Positions 38,150 through 52,110 of a stretch of 64,000 nt of DNA are shown here, one piece after another. The translations under genes and the position numbers were made by a program. Origin of the DNA: Felis catus. Taxonomy: Eukaryota. The DNA lies in assembly GCF_018350175.1 (NCBI RefSeq), contig NC_058368.1, positions 44,704,001-44,768,000 of the forward strand, written 5' to 3'. Position 1 is the stretch's first letter. The number at the start of each line of letters is the position of its first letter. The notes under the pieces are model-generated. The model had not been told where the DNA came from and did not search any database. It saw nothing but the letters and a program-made list of their open reading frames with translations.

Positions 38150-38720
38150 AATAGGAGCTAGCAATGTTTTAGGCACTTGTGAGCAGTTAAATAAAAATGA
38201 ATATGACGTAGCCTCATTCTAAAAGCTAAGAGACTAAATGTGGAAAAATGTGTAATTAAATAATCATGATCTAGAATCATGGGTGCTATAATGGACTCAT
38301 GACGTACCTGGAGCAGATAAGAGAGGATTATAGTATTGCAGAGAGTGGTAAAGGAAGACATTACCTAGGAAATGACATTAGACCCATCTGTTGAGGGATG
38401 CATAATCTAGTCAGGGAATAGAGGAAGGGTCAATCTGGGTAGAGGCAACAGATTGTGCAAAGTAGGCTGTAAAACAGCTTTGTGAGTTTCCAGTTTGGTA
38501 TTTCTTTTAGTGAGTGTGATAAATCTCAGGGTATAGTAGCAGAGGGAAGTAGGGCTTAAGATAGCAGGAGGCAAAGGCTAAATATTGGTGAGCAGTTAAT
38601 GTCACATAGAGGAACTTGTTCTTCCTACACAAGTGAATAAACAATCAGATTTGTATTTTGGAAAGTTAACTTTGGTATTAGGGGCTATAAATTGAAAGGG
38701 AGAGACTAAGGTAAGTATTT
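38150..38720 (-). mobile_element. L2 relic
   Basis: aatcagatttgtattttggaaagttaactttgg, ggtagaggcaacagattgtgcaaag. Confidence 0.5.
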
Positions 38721-40269
38721 CTGCAATACAACAGAAAAACATATGAGATCCTAATAGTTTTGTTTATCCTAGCCTAAGTTTGTCATTTACATATTAAAAG
38801 TGTGTATGGCATAAGCAAATATAAAACAAGTACATAGTCTTCAGGGTGCTTTCAGGAAGGTATGATTGGCTTATCTCACTGTTGTAATATTTGGTCATCA
38901 AGACAATGATAATCAGCTGCAATAGATGCTTTTTTGCTTCTAACCAACCTGTTTCTCTGTTGTCCCTTAAGTTTCCAAATCAAAGTTCTTCCAACTAATC
39001 AATACTGTCTGCACATTATCCTGACTCTACTACCTCTTCTATACCTTGAACACTCCTGTTCTCTGTGTTGCATGTTTGGTTATTCTAGCCTGTACCCTCT
39101 GTCTCAGCTATTTGACATTGTGTGCTTTTAGCAACTTTTTAACGTAAGAGAAAATAAATAATAACAAAGGCAGGGTACTTATCTTCTGTATCTTATAACA
39201 TGGCAACACTTTTAATCCATTGTCTTCAAAATTGTCTTAAACAATGAGAATCAACTGCCTCAATTTACTCTTAATGAAGCACTTACCTTTACCTTCCCAT
39301 CACAAATCTTTTAGAGGGATGCAGACAGGTTAATATGCCTTCTATAATTTCTAGATTTAAGAGTCAAGGTTAGAGATCCCTCTTATAGCCTTTTCCACTA
39401 ACGTCTCTTGTCTGTAATTTCATGCTTGCTTATGTTGTAGCAGCAACTGAACTTTGTTATTACAGATTCATGTTGGCTGCTTCTAGTCAAAAACAGTTAT
39501 AACAGTCTAAAATTAGAACCAGATATACTTTGCGAAGAGGGGACTGCTAGTGAAGGGATTTAGATAGAAGCTTTAGATCTCAAGGCTTCCTAAATGCTAA
39601 ATTGAAGGATTATAAATTATAAAATAGTTTTGAATGGATTCTGTTTAATAGCAGTAATGCTATAACATGTCTCTTTTATGCCTTAACAAATGATCACCAT
39701 AGGGAAACATGTGAATCAAAATGTGAAGATATGATTTCAAGACAGCAAACTCCACTAAGCGATTTGTCTGATGTGTATCCCTTTCAGTATTACAATATTC
39801 ATAATTAAATGTGTATATTAGATAAAATAATTGCATTGACGGGGATCCCAGGAAACCATTTGATTGTGATGACTTTGTGTAGTTTGTAGCTGACACTGGG
39901 AAATGTTATTTTGGAGGCAGCAGAGAAAAGCATGTTGATTTACTAATCAACATGCTATTTTGCTATACCGATACAGTCCTTCCTGTCCTGCTATACCTAT
40001 GCGGTTGTATTCAAGTAAATGGAAGCAAATAAAATTAACATAAACAAAATAAGCAACTGTCTGCTCTCAAGTCCCTGAAATGTCCTTTCCTGTTGACTCC
40101 TCTTATTTTTTTTTCCCCCTCATTCTGGCTGCATACACATCCTTCCGTTAGAAAGTCTTAGCAATTTGCCCATTGTCTGAGAGTAATTGATTGACAGGGA
40201 AGTGTTTCCTAAGCTAGAACCTGAGAAGAGTATTAATAAAAAATATCTCTTACAGCATGGAGTTGGTTG

Positions 40270-40436
40270 CAAAAAGTTGTGAGTATCCTTATGCCAGTTT
40301 TAAGTCAATTGCTTTAACACTTTGAGCTTGTTTTCTAATCTATAAAACAGTGAATAATAGCGATTACCTCAAGGAGCTGTTGTTAAAATGAAATGAAAAA
40401 AATGTACTTAGTGCTTGGGAGAGATTTTAGCACATA
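40270..40436 (+). mobile_element. MIR
   Basis: tttctaatctataaaacagtgaataatag...cctcaaggagctgttgttaaaatgaaatga. Confidence 0.65.
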
Positions 40437-40437
40437 G

Positions 40438-40460
40438 ATTTTTCTTTCTTCTTTCTTTCT

Positions 40461-40504
<44 letters not shown>

Positions 40505-40506
40505 TT
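40438..40506. repeat. (TTTC)n microsatellite
   Basis: Tandem tttc units. Confidence 0.95.
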
Positions 40507-41905
40507 AAAGCAGCTTTTAGTTTAATGTGATTTCATGTACTGAGGGCCAAAAATAAGGTCAAGGTCAAAACTTTGTCTAGGAAGGCATAAGGTAATGGTC
40601 TGGAGTCCCATGAACCCAATTGCTTATTGCACCATTTTTCTTATAATTCTCCCCTTATTCTTCCTAATTATAAATTCTACCTATAATACTGACATTTACA
40701 CTTAGAATTTCTAGTGTTTGGCAATTATTGAGATTCAAAATCAAGTTACTGCTTGACAATTTTTCAAGTTATTGCTTGAGGATTTTGAATAGTTAATATG
40801 TTTTTATTCATACTGATTTATGGAATATGCAACTATATTTGTAATGGTTGAAACAGGAAAAATCAATCTCAATATTTATTTTGATTACATTATATAAAAT
40901 TAACATGGTATTAATGAAATACAAGCATTTTATGATGGAAATAAAACAAAATGATAGGCTGTATTATAGAAAAAATTAATGGGACTATTGTGTCAATAAA
41001 AGATAAAAACCCTAAAGGAAAAAAAACCCCAAAAATTATAGATCAAAGCATTTGTCTTTTTATTAACAAATAGTGTGAGAGTTTATACATTCAACATGAG
41101 AAAATGTACTAGGAACAATTTAAAGTTGTTTTATTCATTAAAAATCAGAAGTTTTAATTTCCTGATTGTCTATCTTATGTTCGAATATGTCAGCAACTAG
41201 AGTACAATGAGTTTTTCATATTTTTCTTTTATTTTACCCCTTAGAGAGACCAATTAATTAATATATGAAATATTTTTATCTAAAGTAACAGTTGGGAAAG
41301 TAACTGCTACAAAGAAGAGTGGTTTGTTAGCATTTAAACACTAATCAGAAGCTCAGATTCAGGTGTAGACAAGAGCATCAGCTATTTCAATTGTATAATG
41401 TTTTGTTAAAACATTTTTGATAGACATTTTCTGTCCCTTAATGAAATGAATTGTGTTTAAGATATGTAGACTAAGGGAGAATATTTTATAAGTACCTTCG
41501 TCTTCATATCAACAATTTATGTGATTACAGGATAAGGTTATAAGATGATAGTTATAACAGGTTGTTCTGTTCAGTCACCTATTCAAGGTCAAAGGCTTTA
41601 TCAATTATAGCCAAATATAAGGACTCTATTGCCTAATTTAAACCACAATTTTAGCTGTATTTCACTACTAAGGGCTGTATTTTATTTAGCTTACAAATCA
41701 GGTAGTGATCTAGTTTGCTTGTTTCTGTTTTATTTGCAAATACGAATATGTCATCCTAATTCGATCTGATACTTTATTTTTCATTGACACAAACAGTAAG
41801 GCTGTGGGGAACATAATTACATTCCGCAATTATCTACAGCTACTACAGCCTACAAATATCTATCAAAGAAACTTCAATACTTATGTTTTAAAGTTAGGGT
41901 ATTTA

Positions 41906-42127
41906 GGGGTGCCTTGGTAGCTCAATGGATTAAGCAACCAACTCTTGATTTTGGCTCAGGTCACGATCTCATATGGCTCCTGAATTTAGCCGTGAGTCGG
42001 GCTCTGCCCTGACAGTGCGGGCCTGCTTGAGATTCTCTCTCTCCCTCTCTCTCTCTGTCCCTCCCTTGCTTATGCTCTTTCTCTCTCTCTCAATATAAAT
42101 AAATAAACTTTTTAAAAATAAAAATAT
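41906..42127 (+). mobile_element. CAN-SINE
   Basis: TSD taaagttagggtattta on both sides. Confidence 0.92.
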
Positions 42128-43069
42128 AAAGTTAGGGTATTTATATAAAATACATTTATATTATATATATATATTACATACATGTATACGCTTATATATG
42201 TTTAAACTATATTATATTACATTATATATTTATTTATTTACACATGTTTATATTATATATTTTATATAAGTATATATATATAATTAATTTGTATTCTCTC
42301 AGAGGCACTCATCATTCTGTGCCATTTAGCAAGCACACATATTATGCAATACAGTTTTTCTATCAAGGTAAATATAGTGTTACTTTTTAAATTTGAGAGC
42401 ATAAAAACAAACATCTTTGTTAAAGAAAGTTTTGAAAACTTCAATAGTGTGGTATATCTATTATAGTAATGTACACGTTATATTTATAAGTATAGTTCTT
42501 TTTCTTATTTAAGTAAGCCCAAAGAGAAATTTTCCTAAAATCAAAGATTAACAGCTATGAAATAAATGGGGGTTTTGCCACCTTACTAAACCTGAATCAA
42601 CAAGACAGCAGGGTCACTAGTGCTGACAATTTTCTCTCTGGCACCAGATAAACGCTTGGCAATGTATTTGTTGAATTAATACAATCTAGTCTGAAAGTCT
42701 CAATCTAATATAATAAAATACCAAGTTGAACTTAATTGATCTGTAAGTGCCTAACAGATTCAATACCAATAGCTAACTATTTTCTAAAAACATAAGTGAG
42801 GCAAATAATTCTATTGCATAATTAACAAAATATTAACCTTCTTAAAGGAGTCTATACCAAATAAGGACAAAACTAGTTGAGGGCTCAAAAGAGTAGGAGC
42901 AAGCCAGCAGTCCTCTTTTCAACATGCTTTGAGTCATCCTAATAATTAGGTTTTTCAGACTGAGGATAAAGGTTAATCATAATGTACTATTCTTTGTAAA
43001 AAATATATAAACTCCTATATGATTTAAAAAGCATTAAAATGTCTAATTCAAAAAGGCTTTAATCAAAAA

Positions 43070-43520
43070 AATTTTTTTTCAGAGAGTGCATGCATGCTTG
43101 CATGTGAGCGGGGGAAGGGCAGGAGAGAAAGAAAGAGAGAGAGAGAAAGAGAGAGAATCTTAACTCAGCATGGAGCCTGACTTGGAGCCTAATCTTAAAA
43201 CTATGAGATCATTGGGGCACCTGGGTGGCTCAGTGGGCTGAGTGTCAGACTTCAGCTCAGGTCCTGATCTTACAGTTAGTGGGTTCGAGCCCGGCATCTG
43301 TCTCTGTGCTGACAGCTTAGAGCTTGGAGCCTGCTTTGAATTCTGTGTCTCCCTGTCTATTCCTGCCCCTGCCCCACTCACATTCTGTTTCTCTCTCAAA
43401 AACAATCATTTAAAAAATTAAAAACAAAACCAAAACCAACAACAAAAAAACTATGAGATCATGACCTGAACCAAAATCAAGAGTTGGGCACTTAAGAAAC
43501 TGAGCCACCCAGCCTCCCCT
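43070..43520. mobile_element. Minus-strand CAN-SINE split by a nested plus-strand CAN-SINE (~43214-43447)
   Basis: Inner TSD aaaactatgagatcat; the outer SINE resumes gacctgaaccaaaatcaagag. Confidence 0.9.
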
Positions 43521-45302
43521 AATCAAATTCTGACATGAGGGTATAAATATATAGTTTTACAAGTATATGTATGAATATATAAATATTGTGGTCTATTTCA
43601 ACTTCTTAAAATTTAATATATTGTTTTTGTGTATTATAAGTATATTAATGATTCTGCATTTACCATCCTTCAAAATATTAAATAGTACAGCCCAGCAAAA
43701 TAATCAAACTGATTTGTGCTTTTTTTCTTCCCTCCTCCCAACCATAAAATGTAGTAAGTTAATATTTGCACAACTCTTTCTTTTTTATCACAAAGTTTAA
43801 AATGCAGTGTGAATCTAACTGGAAAAAAAAATGTATAAATAGACCATACCATTCTGTTCAATTGTAAAGTATTAACACTGTAATATTTTCTTGCGTATTA
43901 GCTTCTTAGAAGCTACGACTTCTCAGGAGTCATGTACTGAGGACTCATGAGCTCTCTTTCATTGCAGCAAGTAGGATTATCACTAAAGCCCCTTCTGAAA
44001 TCTATTTGAACTCCTGCATTTAAAACCATCTTTTAACTGAAATGATCAGGGAAGAAAAGTTGCTAGGGCATCATTTTTCATTTTTATTGTTTCTTGAGCA
44101 GAGGCTTCATGTCCTGTGAAAATGTAAAATGTCTTTGGAACGAACTTTTGTCTATATTAAATCTGACAATCTAAAGTCTTTATCTGGGCAAAGAAAAAAA
44201 ATGCAGTGTGTTTTTGTTTAAATCATTTTTCCTGTGAGTGCTGAATGATGAAATTGTTTAATGCAACTAATAGATAAATCACTATTAAGGGCAGAAGTAG
44301 CTTCCTATGCATGGCATTGCTAATGCCAATACTCAAGCTTAAGTATTTGGTTTCTTGAAATGTTTTTTATGTTACACGAATGACATCTAAAGAGACAGAG
44401 AGAGGCCCAATTGTCATAAGAGGTACTAGTGATTCAAAGGTTGGATGATGAAAGATTTATATTATATTTGTCTAGTAAAAATAAACATTACAATAATACA
44501 TGAACTATTAGTAATTTTCAATATTGATTCCTTCAAACTTACATGGCACACATTTAATTAAAATATTAATTCATTCAAGATATTTGGTTTCCTATATGCA
44601 TTGGGTTGAGTGCGACCACAAAACCTGAGTCCTCCTGGGGCTTACATTCTAGCCAGGGTGATTTGAATAATGATATGAAGAAGGGTGATTTGATTTCACT
44701 TAAAATAAAAATAACAACACATTGTCTTTACTTCTATAAGGAAATACTTTGGGCGGTAATTTCAATGAAATGTGTTTTTTTCTGGATGCCTAAAGAATTA
44801 TAGGACAAAAATTCATGCTATCCATTAATAAAATGGCAAATAAGAACATTTTTCTAGTGTCATAACATTGGCCATGACAAAAGTATTTATAAATAATTAA
44901 TCTCATGCAAGTAATTCAGAAATCTTCTCTAGATTTATATGAACAATGGTTGTAACAATTTAGAACTATTTTATCTAATCAGCCACTCAAACATCATAAG
45001 CATGCATATCCATGGAATTTCAGTTGAATATTTATGTATTCGTTTTAAATATTTTACACCTTAGTAAATTTATAGCTGGAAGGTATAGGTCATGATCCTT
45101 ATAACTTTTCTACTAAATGAAAAAAGAAACCAATTTTTATGAAATTAGAAACTGTATATACTCTTGAATGTAATATGAATTTATATGCAATATAATCACA
45201 TCAGTAATCCCCATAAAAGGGAAAACATACCAAATTACATAATGTATTAACTATAGCAAAATATTAGTCTTAGAGTAAATATTACTAATTGTGCTCATTG
45301 AG

Positions 45303-45468
45303 AAGGGATTTCCTGTGAACTGATGAAGCTGAAAGTTCAGGGCCCCTCACTAACCAAGCTTCTTTTGGGGCCCTGGATGGCGCCCTAACAATGCGTTCAG
45401 ATGATAATTGCATTTCTCTTTCTTAAGGACAGTCTCATCAGTAAGTCCCACCAAGTCTGGCTCTGCTC
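45303..45468. mobile_element. MER53-like DNA transposon relic
   Basis: ggatttcctgtgaactgatgaagctgaaagttcagggcccctcact...ggccctggatggcgccctaacaatgcgttca. Confidence 0.7.
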
Positions 45469-45599
45469 ATAGGCTCATCATATTTATTGTGAAAAATAAA
45501 CTTGATACATTCCAGAAATAGTAATACATAAATAATCAGAATGAGGTAGAAAACCAATGCAATAAGCAAAGCAAAGCAAAATAAACCTCAAATCTGTGA

Positions 45600-45712
45600 T
45601 GAACTCCAAACCGAGTTTTGCCACTAATGATCTGTACGAACTTCAACAAGCTACCTAATCTTTCTGGTCCTCCATTTTTCCATTTGTAAAATTAAGATTC
45701 TGGAGTAAATAT
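45600..45712 (+). mobile_element. MIR
   Basis: tgccactaatgatctgtacgaacttcaacaagctacctaatctttctggtcctccatttttccatttgtaaaat. Confidence 0.7.
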
Positions 45713-46427
45713 ATTCTTACATGCTAAGTTTAAGCATCTCTTAGTCTACATAATTTTTGGTTTCAGTTGCTGTAGCATCTCATTACCACCTGTACATTGA
45801 GATGGAAACTATTGGGGCTGGAGGAAAATTTCTATTTATTATGATTTTAACATGCATTTTACATTGGGCCTTGGAAGATTTGCATGGTCATTCAGGTCGA
45901 AGACATTGATGAAAAAAGTTAAAATGTAAACTAAAATTATCTCCCCAGATAAATCTACAAAAGCAAAAGCAAGCAATGAAACCAGCAGTAAAAGCCAGAA
46001 TAACAGGAACGAAAATGGTGAGCTAACTTTAGTTGATGTAATGGTTTTCCTTCTCTGTTAATATTTCTTTTTGTAGGATTCACCTGAGAGACTAGATTGT
46101 CCTCATGCTTTCAGAAAACTGAATCTTATTTGTATCTTATTCAATATGGAAAGGATATCAGGTGAATGTACACCTTTATCTTTTGAAATTTGGGCTAAAT
46201 TGAAACATACAAGGCCAATTATGTGGACATATGGACAAATATGGACAAAAAATTACCTCAAAATAAATATTTTGTTATTAAATTTCAAATTTCAATTGAA
46301 ATATTATCATAAAATGGAATTATAGAGGCCATATTATGTAACATATTATGTATTCTCCTGTATTTCTTCTACTGCAGATGAAACATGAAACAGGGCATTT
46401 GTTATATGTTAAGATATATTGATAAGA

Positions 46428-46648
46428 GGGGCTCCTGGGTGGCTCGGTCGGTTAAGCGTCCGACTTCGGCTCAGGTCATGATCTCACAGTCCGTGAGTTT
46501 GAGCCCCGCGTCGGGCTCTGTGCTGACTGCTCAGAGCCTGGAGACTGTTTCAGATTCTGTGTCTCCCTCTCTCTCTGCCCCTCCCCTGTTCATGCTCTGT
46601 CTCTCTCTGTCTCAAAAATAAATAAACGTTAAAAAATTAAAAAAAAAC
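46428..46648 (+). mobile_element. Relatively young full-length CAN-SINE
   Basis: Many intact CpGs; TSD agatatattgataaga (46412-46427) / agatatattcataaga (46649-46664). Confidence 0.95.
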
Positions 46649-46771
46649 AGATATATTCATAAGATAATACAACATCATTGAAACCAATTTGTTTTCTAAC
46701 AAGTGGATTTGCTACCCAAATATTCTGTTATTTCTTTTCACGTTTGCCTTGTTACAAATTTCACTTTGTTA

Positions 46772-47205
46772 GGATGCTTGCCTGGCTCATTCGGTAGAGC
46801 ATGTGACTCTTGATCTCAGGGTTGTGAGTTTGAGCCCCATGTTGGGTGTAGGGATTATCATAATCAATCAATCAATCTTACCAAAACAAAACAAAACAAA
46901 ACAAACACCCAAATTTGCTTTGTTGACTGAAATGTATTTTTTCTTCTTCAATTTGCCTATTAATCTTTTATAGTAAAAATTAGGCATCACCTCAAGGTGC
47001 CTGAGTAGCTCAGTTAGTTAAGTGTCCAACTCTTGACATTGGCTCAGATCATGGTCTCACAGTTCATGGGTTAGAGCCCAGCATCAGGCTCTGTGATGAC
47101 ATCACGGAGCCTGCTTGGGATTCTCTCTCTCCTCTCTCTCTGCCCCTATGCCACATGTGCTCACTTTCTTTCTATCAAAATAAATAAATAAACATTTAAA
47201 AAGAT
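46772..47205 (+). mobile_element. Short tRNA-like CAN-SINE variant (~46772-46905) plus a full CAN-SINE (~46995-47205)
   Basis: gcctggctcattcggtagagcatgtgactcttgatctcagggttgtgagtttgagccccatgttgggtgtag, then a second head and tail. Confidence 0.85.
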
Positions 47206-49059
47206 TAAACATCACCTCTCTTTAGAAACCTTTCCTAATTATCCATTCTAACCTCACACAGTATGATGATAGTACTCACTTATTGTACTTATTTAACACT
47301 TTATTTTAATAGCTGTTAAGTTTTCTGGTCTTCTTCCTTAGTCATAGTACTTTTGAATACAATATCATATACATCTTTTCATTCTAAAATGAGTATTATA
47401 ATATTCAGTGGTATCATTTTAGTTGAAGGATGGAATGATTTAACCAATGAATATTCTTGCACAAACTTTCCTCAGATTTAACTAGCTTAATTCTTCTAGC
47501 CTTATCTTTATTTTAATACCTCATCTTATTATTGAAAAATTAAGGTGATTTCCAAAATATAAGAAGTAGAGACAGATATATTTGATTTAAAAACTATGTG
47601 CTAAAGAAGATAGCAAAATAAGCAAAGAAATATAAAATAGAGCCAAATCTGAGATGGCTATAAAAACAGCATGCATACATTTGCATATGCAAATTTAACT
47701 CTAGATTTTAAAGTATTTAACACCCAAGGGAAAATCTAGTTACATCATCTCTGACATTAAGGGGATAAAAACTGACCAGTTGCTCAGGGAGAGAAAACTA
47801 ATACTGTGACTCAGATCAACAGTTATATTTCTCAAGTTTTCTTATAAAGAGGAAACTGTTGGTACTCAGAACCAGATCTTAGTTTCCAGGAGCAGTGTTC
47901 TAGAAGATTTTCTATGGACCTTTACCATTTTATCAAAGCATGGTACAGTTGAAGGAATTCTGCTTATTCATTCCACTAATTGTTAGCACCACTGCAGAAA
48001 TTCAATGTTCTGTGTTTTTTTGTAAAATACCACATGAAGGGGTAAAAAATAGTTCTTGACTCTTTAAGAGAAGGGATATCCATAAATCTAAGATGAATTC
48101 ATTGAGGACCAGTGAAACATTTTGTGACCCAAAATTTTACTTCTGGAAATAAGTAATAGATTAAGTAAAAGATAATTATGTAATGAACAGGGCACAAATT
48201 CTCTGTGGCTGAACAAATAAATTTTATTTGTAACTACTCTATGTAACTAGTGCGTAAAATATTGAATGTTTGCATTCCTTCATTTGTCTCTTGTTTACTC
48301 AGCATTCAACAGAATTTGTAGGACAAAAAAGTCTTCAGTAAATGTTTATTTGAACAAGAACATAACTCAGTGGAAGGACACCAGGGAATATCTAATCTTA
48401 TAATTCACCAGGTAACAGAAGACTAAACATAATGAGGATTTTACTGATATTTAGAATTTACAAATCAGTGTATAAAATCACATTCTGTTGGGTCTTGTAG
48501 TTTGCTGATGCTTCTTTTTCTTTTCCTTCTTTCCTTCCTTTTTTTCTCTTTTTGTTGCTGGGATTATTAATGGTGTATCTATGATATTTATAAGGGGAAC
48601 TGATAAAATTAGAGAAAATAGGTATAAAAGCTCTAAAATGTTATTTGAAATTTTACCTACATGTCTGTATAGATATCATATTTGTATAAACAATTAGAAA
48701 GGTGACCTTATTATGGTTTTCTGTTACTCAATTAAAATTTCAAATGTAAATGGCAACGTTATGAGCTCCAAAATCTTGTTTTTATGTCCCATATCCTGTT
48801 CAGAAATGTCACTATTTTATAAATCAGACTTTTATAAGTACTGAAAATTGTGGGCCTGTGTATACATTTGTTTATATGTGTTTGAGTATGTGTTCAGTGT
48901 ACATTATCAAAACAATTAAATATTTTATTTGCAACCCCAAACTACCTTGTTATATATTTTTTTGCATTGTCAGTTTTTGTATCTGGCATATAAAACTGAG
49001 TGGGCTGTTTTGAATTTTGTTTCCTTATAAAAATTTGCAAACCTTTGAAGAGAGAATAC

Positions 49060-49266
49060 TTTTGAATTTATTTATGAGTTGAGAGAGAGAGAGAGAAAGC
49101 ATGAATGAGGAGGGGCAGAGAGAGGGGAGACACACAGAATCAGAAGCAGGCTCCAGGCTCTGAGCTGTCAGCACAAAGCCTGACACAGGACTCAAACCCA
49201 CAGCCCTGAGAACATGACCTGAGCTGAAAGTCAGATGCTTAACCAACTGAGCCACTCAGGTGTCCC
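49060..49266 (-). mobile_element. CAN-SINE
   Basis: TSD tgaagagagaata / tgaagggagaata. Confidence 0.92.
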
Positions 49267-50976
49267 TGAAGGGAGAATAGTTCTAAAGAAATGTAGGCCC
49301 TCCGGTCTTGTGAGAAATGCTATTTTTTAAGTAAAAGATTTATGAAGAAGACAAACATATACTGATATAATTTAAGAAAAAGAGGTTGAGCTGAAGCAAA
49401 TATTCCTTTTAAGACAATGAAAACTGACAGTTTAAAATGAGATTTCTACTCTAATGGGTTTTACCACAAATAAATGCAAGTTTTCATTATGCTCATATTT
49501 CCTGCAGTCCATTCATTACTTATTGTTATAAACATAGTTTCTAAAAGCCAAGGAAAAAATTGATAATGTCACTTTGCGTTCTCTTTCTTCATGTATACAT
49601 TCAGGAATCTTATTAATTCAAATACGTAATAGTGTTTTGAAAATACTCTTTAATATTTTAATGTTAACATCACATTCTTCCCATGCAGTTTATGAAACCT
49701 GATTTGCTTTGTTTTCTGGGCTATGTTTCTGGATGCAAATAAGAAGTCCCCTCCATCCTCCCGCCCTGCCCTCTGTTCTGAGCAGAGCATCCTCAGATAG
49801 TTTTAGTAAGCAAATCGAGGATAACAGGCAAGGATAACAAGGCAGAAGTGGAGTCAGACTTCTTTTAAGCAACAAGAAGGAGGGCAATTCAGTGACACCT
49901 TAGGACTGCCCAAATTTTGGAGGTAGAAAACAGTCCTGTGTTTGCTTTTGGCAAAGGGATCATCTCATGGCTTACTTCTTCCATGAGGCCGAGAATTTTG
50001 TGCATGCACAACTATCTTTCCTCTACATTTCCTGACAACGAAGGAGATCTTAGTATCCTAACACTAGAGTATTTTTTCTTCCCGAGATGCTCCTTTTCCA
50101 ATGCCAAGCCTGTGAGAATGGAGTTTGAGGTTCACATCCTTACTGAGATCAGCAGAACCAATACTGTCTGAAGATGCTTTTTCTAATCCCTTCATACATG
50201 AGTAATAGTTTGACTTGACATAAGTAAGCTGAAAAGCTTTGCCGTCAGAAGTGTGAAGGATGCTTTCATTATCGTCTAGCATCTAAGATTGATACTGAAA
50301 AGCCTGAATCCAGTCTGATTATTCTTCCTTTGTAGTTGACTCAGATATTTCACTGCACTTTTTCATTGCTGTTCATTCATGGTTATTCTTGTTAGCTTAG
50401 GTTAATTTCCCCCTCTTTGGGAGACATTATAATCATCTCTTTATCCTTGATATTCTGAAATTTGATGCAAACAGACTGAACTCGCTCTTCTTCACTCAAG
50501 TTTCTAGTTGCTTGCTGGGTTACTCATTTTTGAGGCCATGTGTTGAACTCAGAGAAATACTCTCACATTATTTTCTCTCCTACTTTCTTAGTACTCTCCT
50601 AAAACTATCATGGGGTAGAATATTATGCTTTCTTACTATTGATTTTTATCTCATCTATTTTCCCATTATTTTAATATATTTCCTCTCCTTGAATTTAAGA
50701 GATGATACAAATTTTAATTTTTTCCATAAATTTTATTTATACTTAATTTCAGTAAACATTTCAAATTTAAAGAGACCTTTCTTTTCTTTGCTATCTTTTT
50801 AAATAACTGTTCCAAGAGTTAATATCTTGTGAGTTCTATTAGAGGATACCAAATTAATTTTGTTCTTTTCATTTTATTTTTACTTTTGGAAGCTACCTAT
50901 GATTTTTCAGAGAATGTTGCATATATGTACATATATCTTTACCCCTCTCCTGTCTCTAAAATGGCCTAGGAATCTT

Positions 50977-51199
50977 TTTTTTTTAATTTTTTTTCAACGT
51001 TTTTTATTTATTTTTGGGACAGAGAGAGACAGAGCATGAACGGGGGAGGGGCAGAGAGAGAGGGAGACACAGAATTGGAAACAGGCTCCAGGCTCCGAGC
51101 CATCAGCCCGGAGCCTGATGCGGGGCTCGAACTCACGGACCGCAAGATCGTGACCTGGCTGAAGTCGGACGCTCAACCGACTGCGCCACCCAGGTGCCC
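50977..51199 (-). mobile_element. Young full-length felid CAN-SINE
   Basis: Perfect 19-bp TSD aaaatggcctaggaatctt (50958-50976 / 51201-51219); CpG-rich; long T tail. Confidence 0.96.
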
Positions 51200-51914
51200 A
51201 AAAATGGCCTAGGAATCTTAATAGCTTGTATAGTTTTAATATGAGGTTATAAGTTCCTAGACCTCTAATTGCACAGGAAAGTTTCCTATTAGGACAACTG
51301 GATGGGAGACTAGCCTGTAAGATGGGTAATCCTGAAGTGCCAGAATACAGAGATTTTTTTTTAATTTTTCTGATTTACTAGTTCCAAACAGCATCATTCC
51401 AATGGCATCAAAATTGTTGATAGGAAAATAGCAAACGATTCACCCAGTATTTTCCCTTTTTCCACTCTTAGCAGAATTCAAATGAATATAGTTGCACAGT
51501 GAAATAGCACAGAACATCTCCATCCATTATCTATCTATCTATCTATCTGTCTATCTATCCATCTATCCATAATCTACCCATCATCTATCATTTATCTCCC
51601 TACTTACCTACTTATGTGTTTATATCTATATCTAAATATATATCTATACATCTGTACTTCAAAACTAAAATATTTTGGTTGAAACATTCCTTGAAATCAT
51701 CCTACAGGCATTTTCACAATTGATGAACCATGTTATCAATTTCATTCAGACACTCAGGTAGCAAATGCCTATTTTTGTGTGTATGTCTTATTTTGTATGG
51801 ATAAGGTGATAGATGAGTCTCAATTGATAAATTAAAGTGAAAATAGTAAATAGAATATATTTATATATTTATTATTAATAAATAGAAGATATGTATTACC
51901 ATTTACTTACATTA

Positions 51915-52110
51915 GGAAGAGCATGTTGTATTAGAAAGAATATGATTTTGGAGTGAAACAAACTTAGACAAAAATCACAATTCTGTCTTGTCAGATAATG
52001 TGACATTAAGAAGTAATTGATTACTTTGTGCATAATTTTTTACCTTTAAAACAGCAATAAGAATAATTACATTATAGGGTGGTTGTCAGTATTTAATCAG
52101 TTGACAAATG
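51915..52110 (+). mobile_element. MIR
   Basis: gaaagaatatgattttggagtgaaacaaac...tatagggtggttgtcagtatttaa. Confidence 0.65.

Noticed and set aside
46772..46855. tRNA-like sequence with A and B boxes
   Set aside because: It is a degenerate tRNA-derived SINE head with a simple-repeat tail; I could not see an intact cloverleaf.
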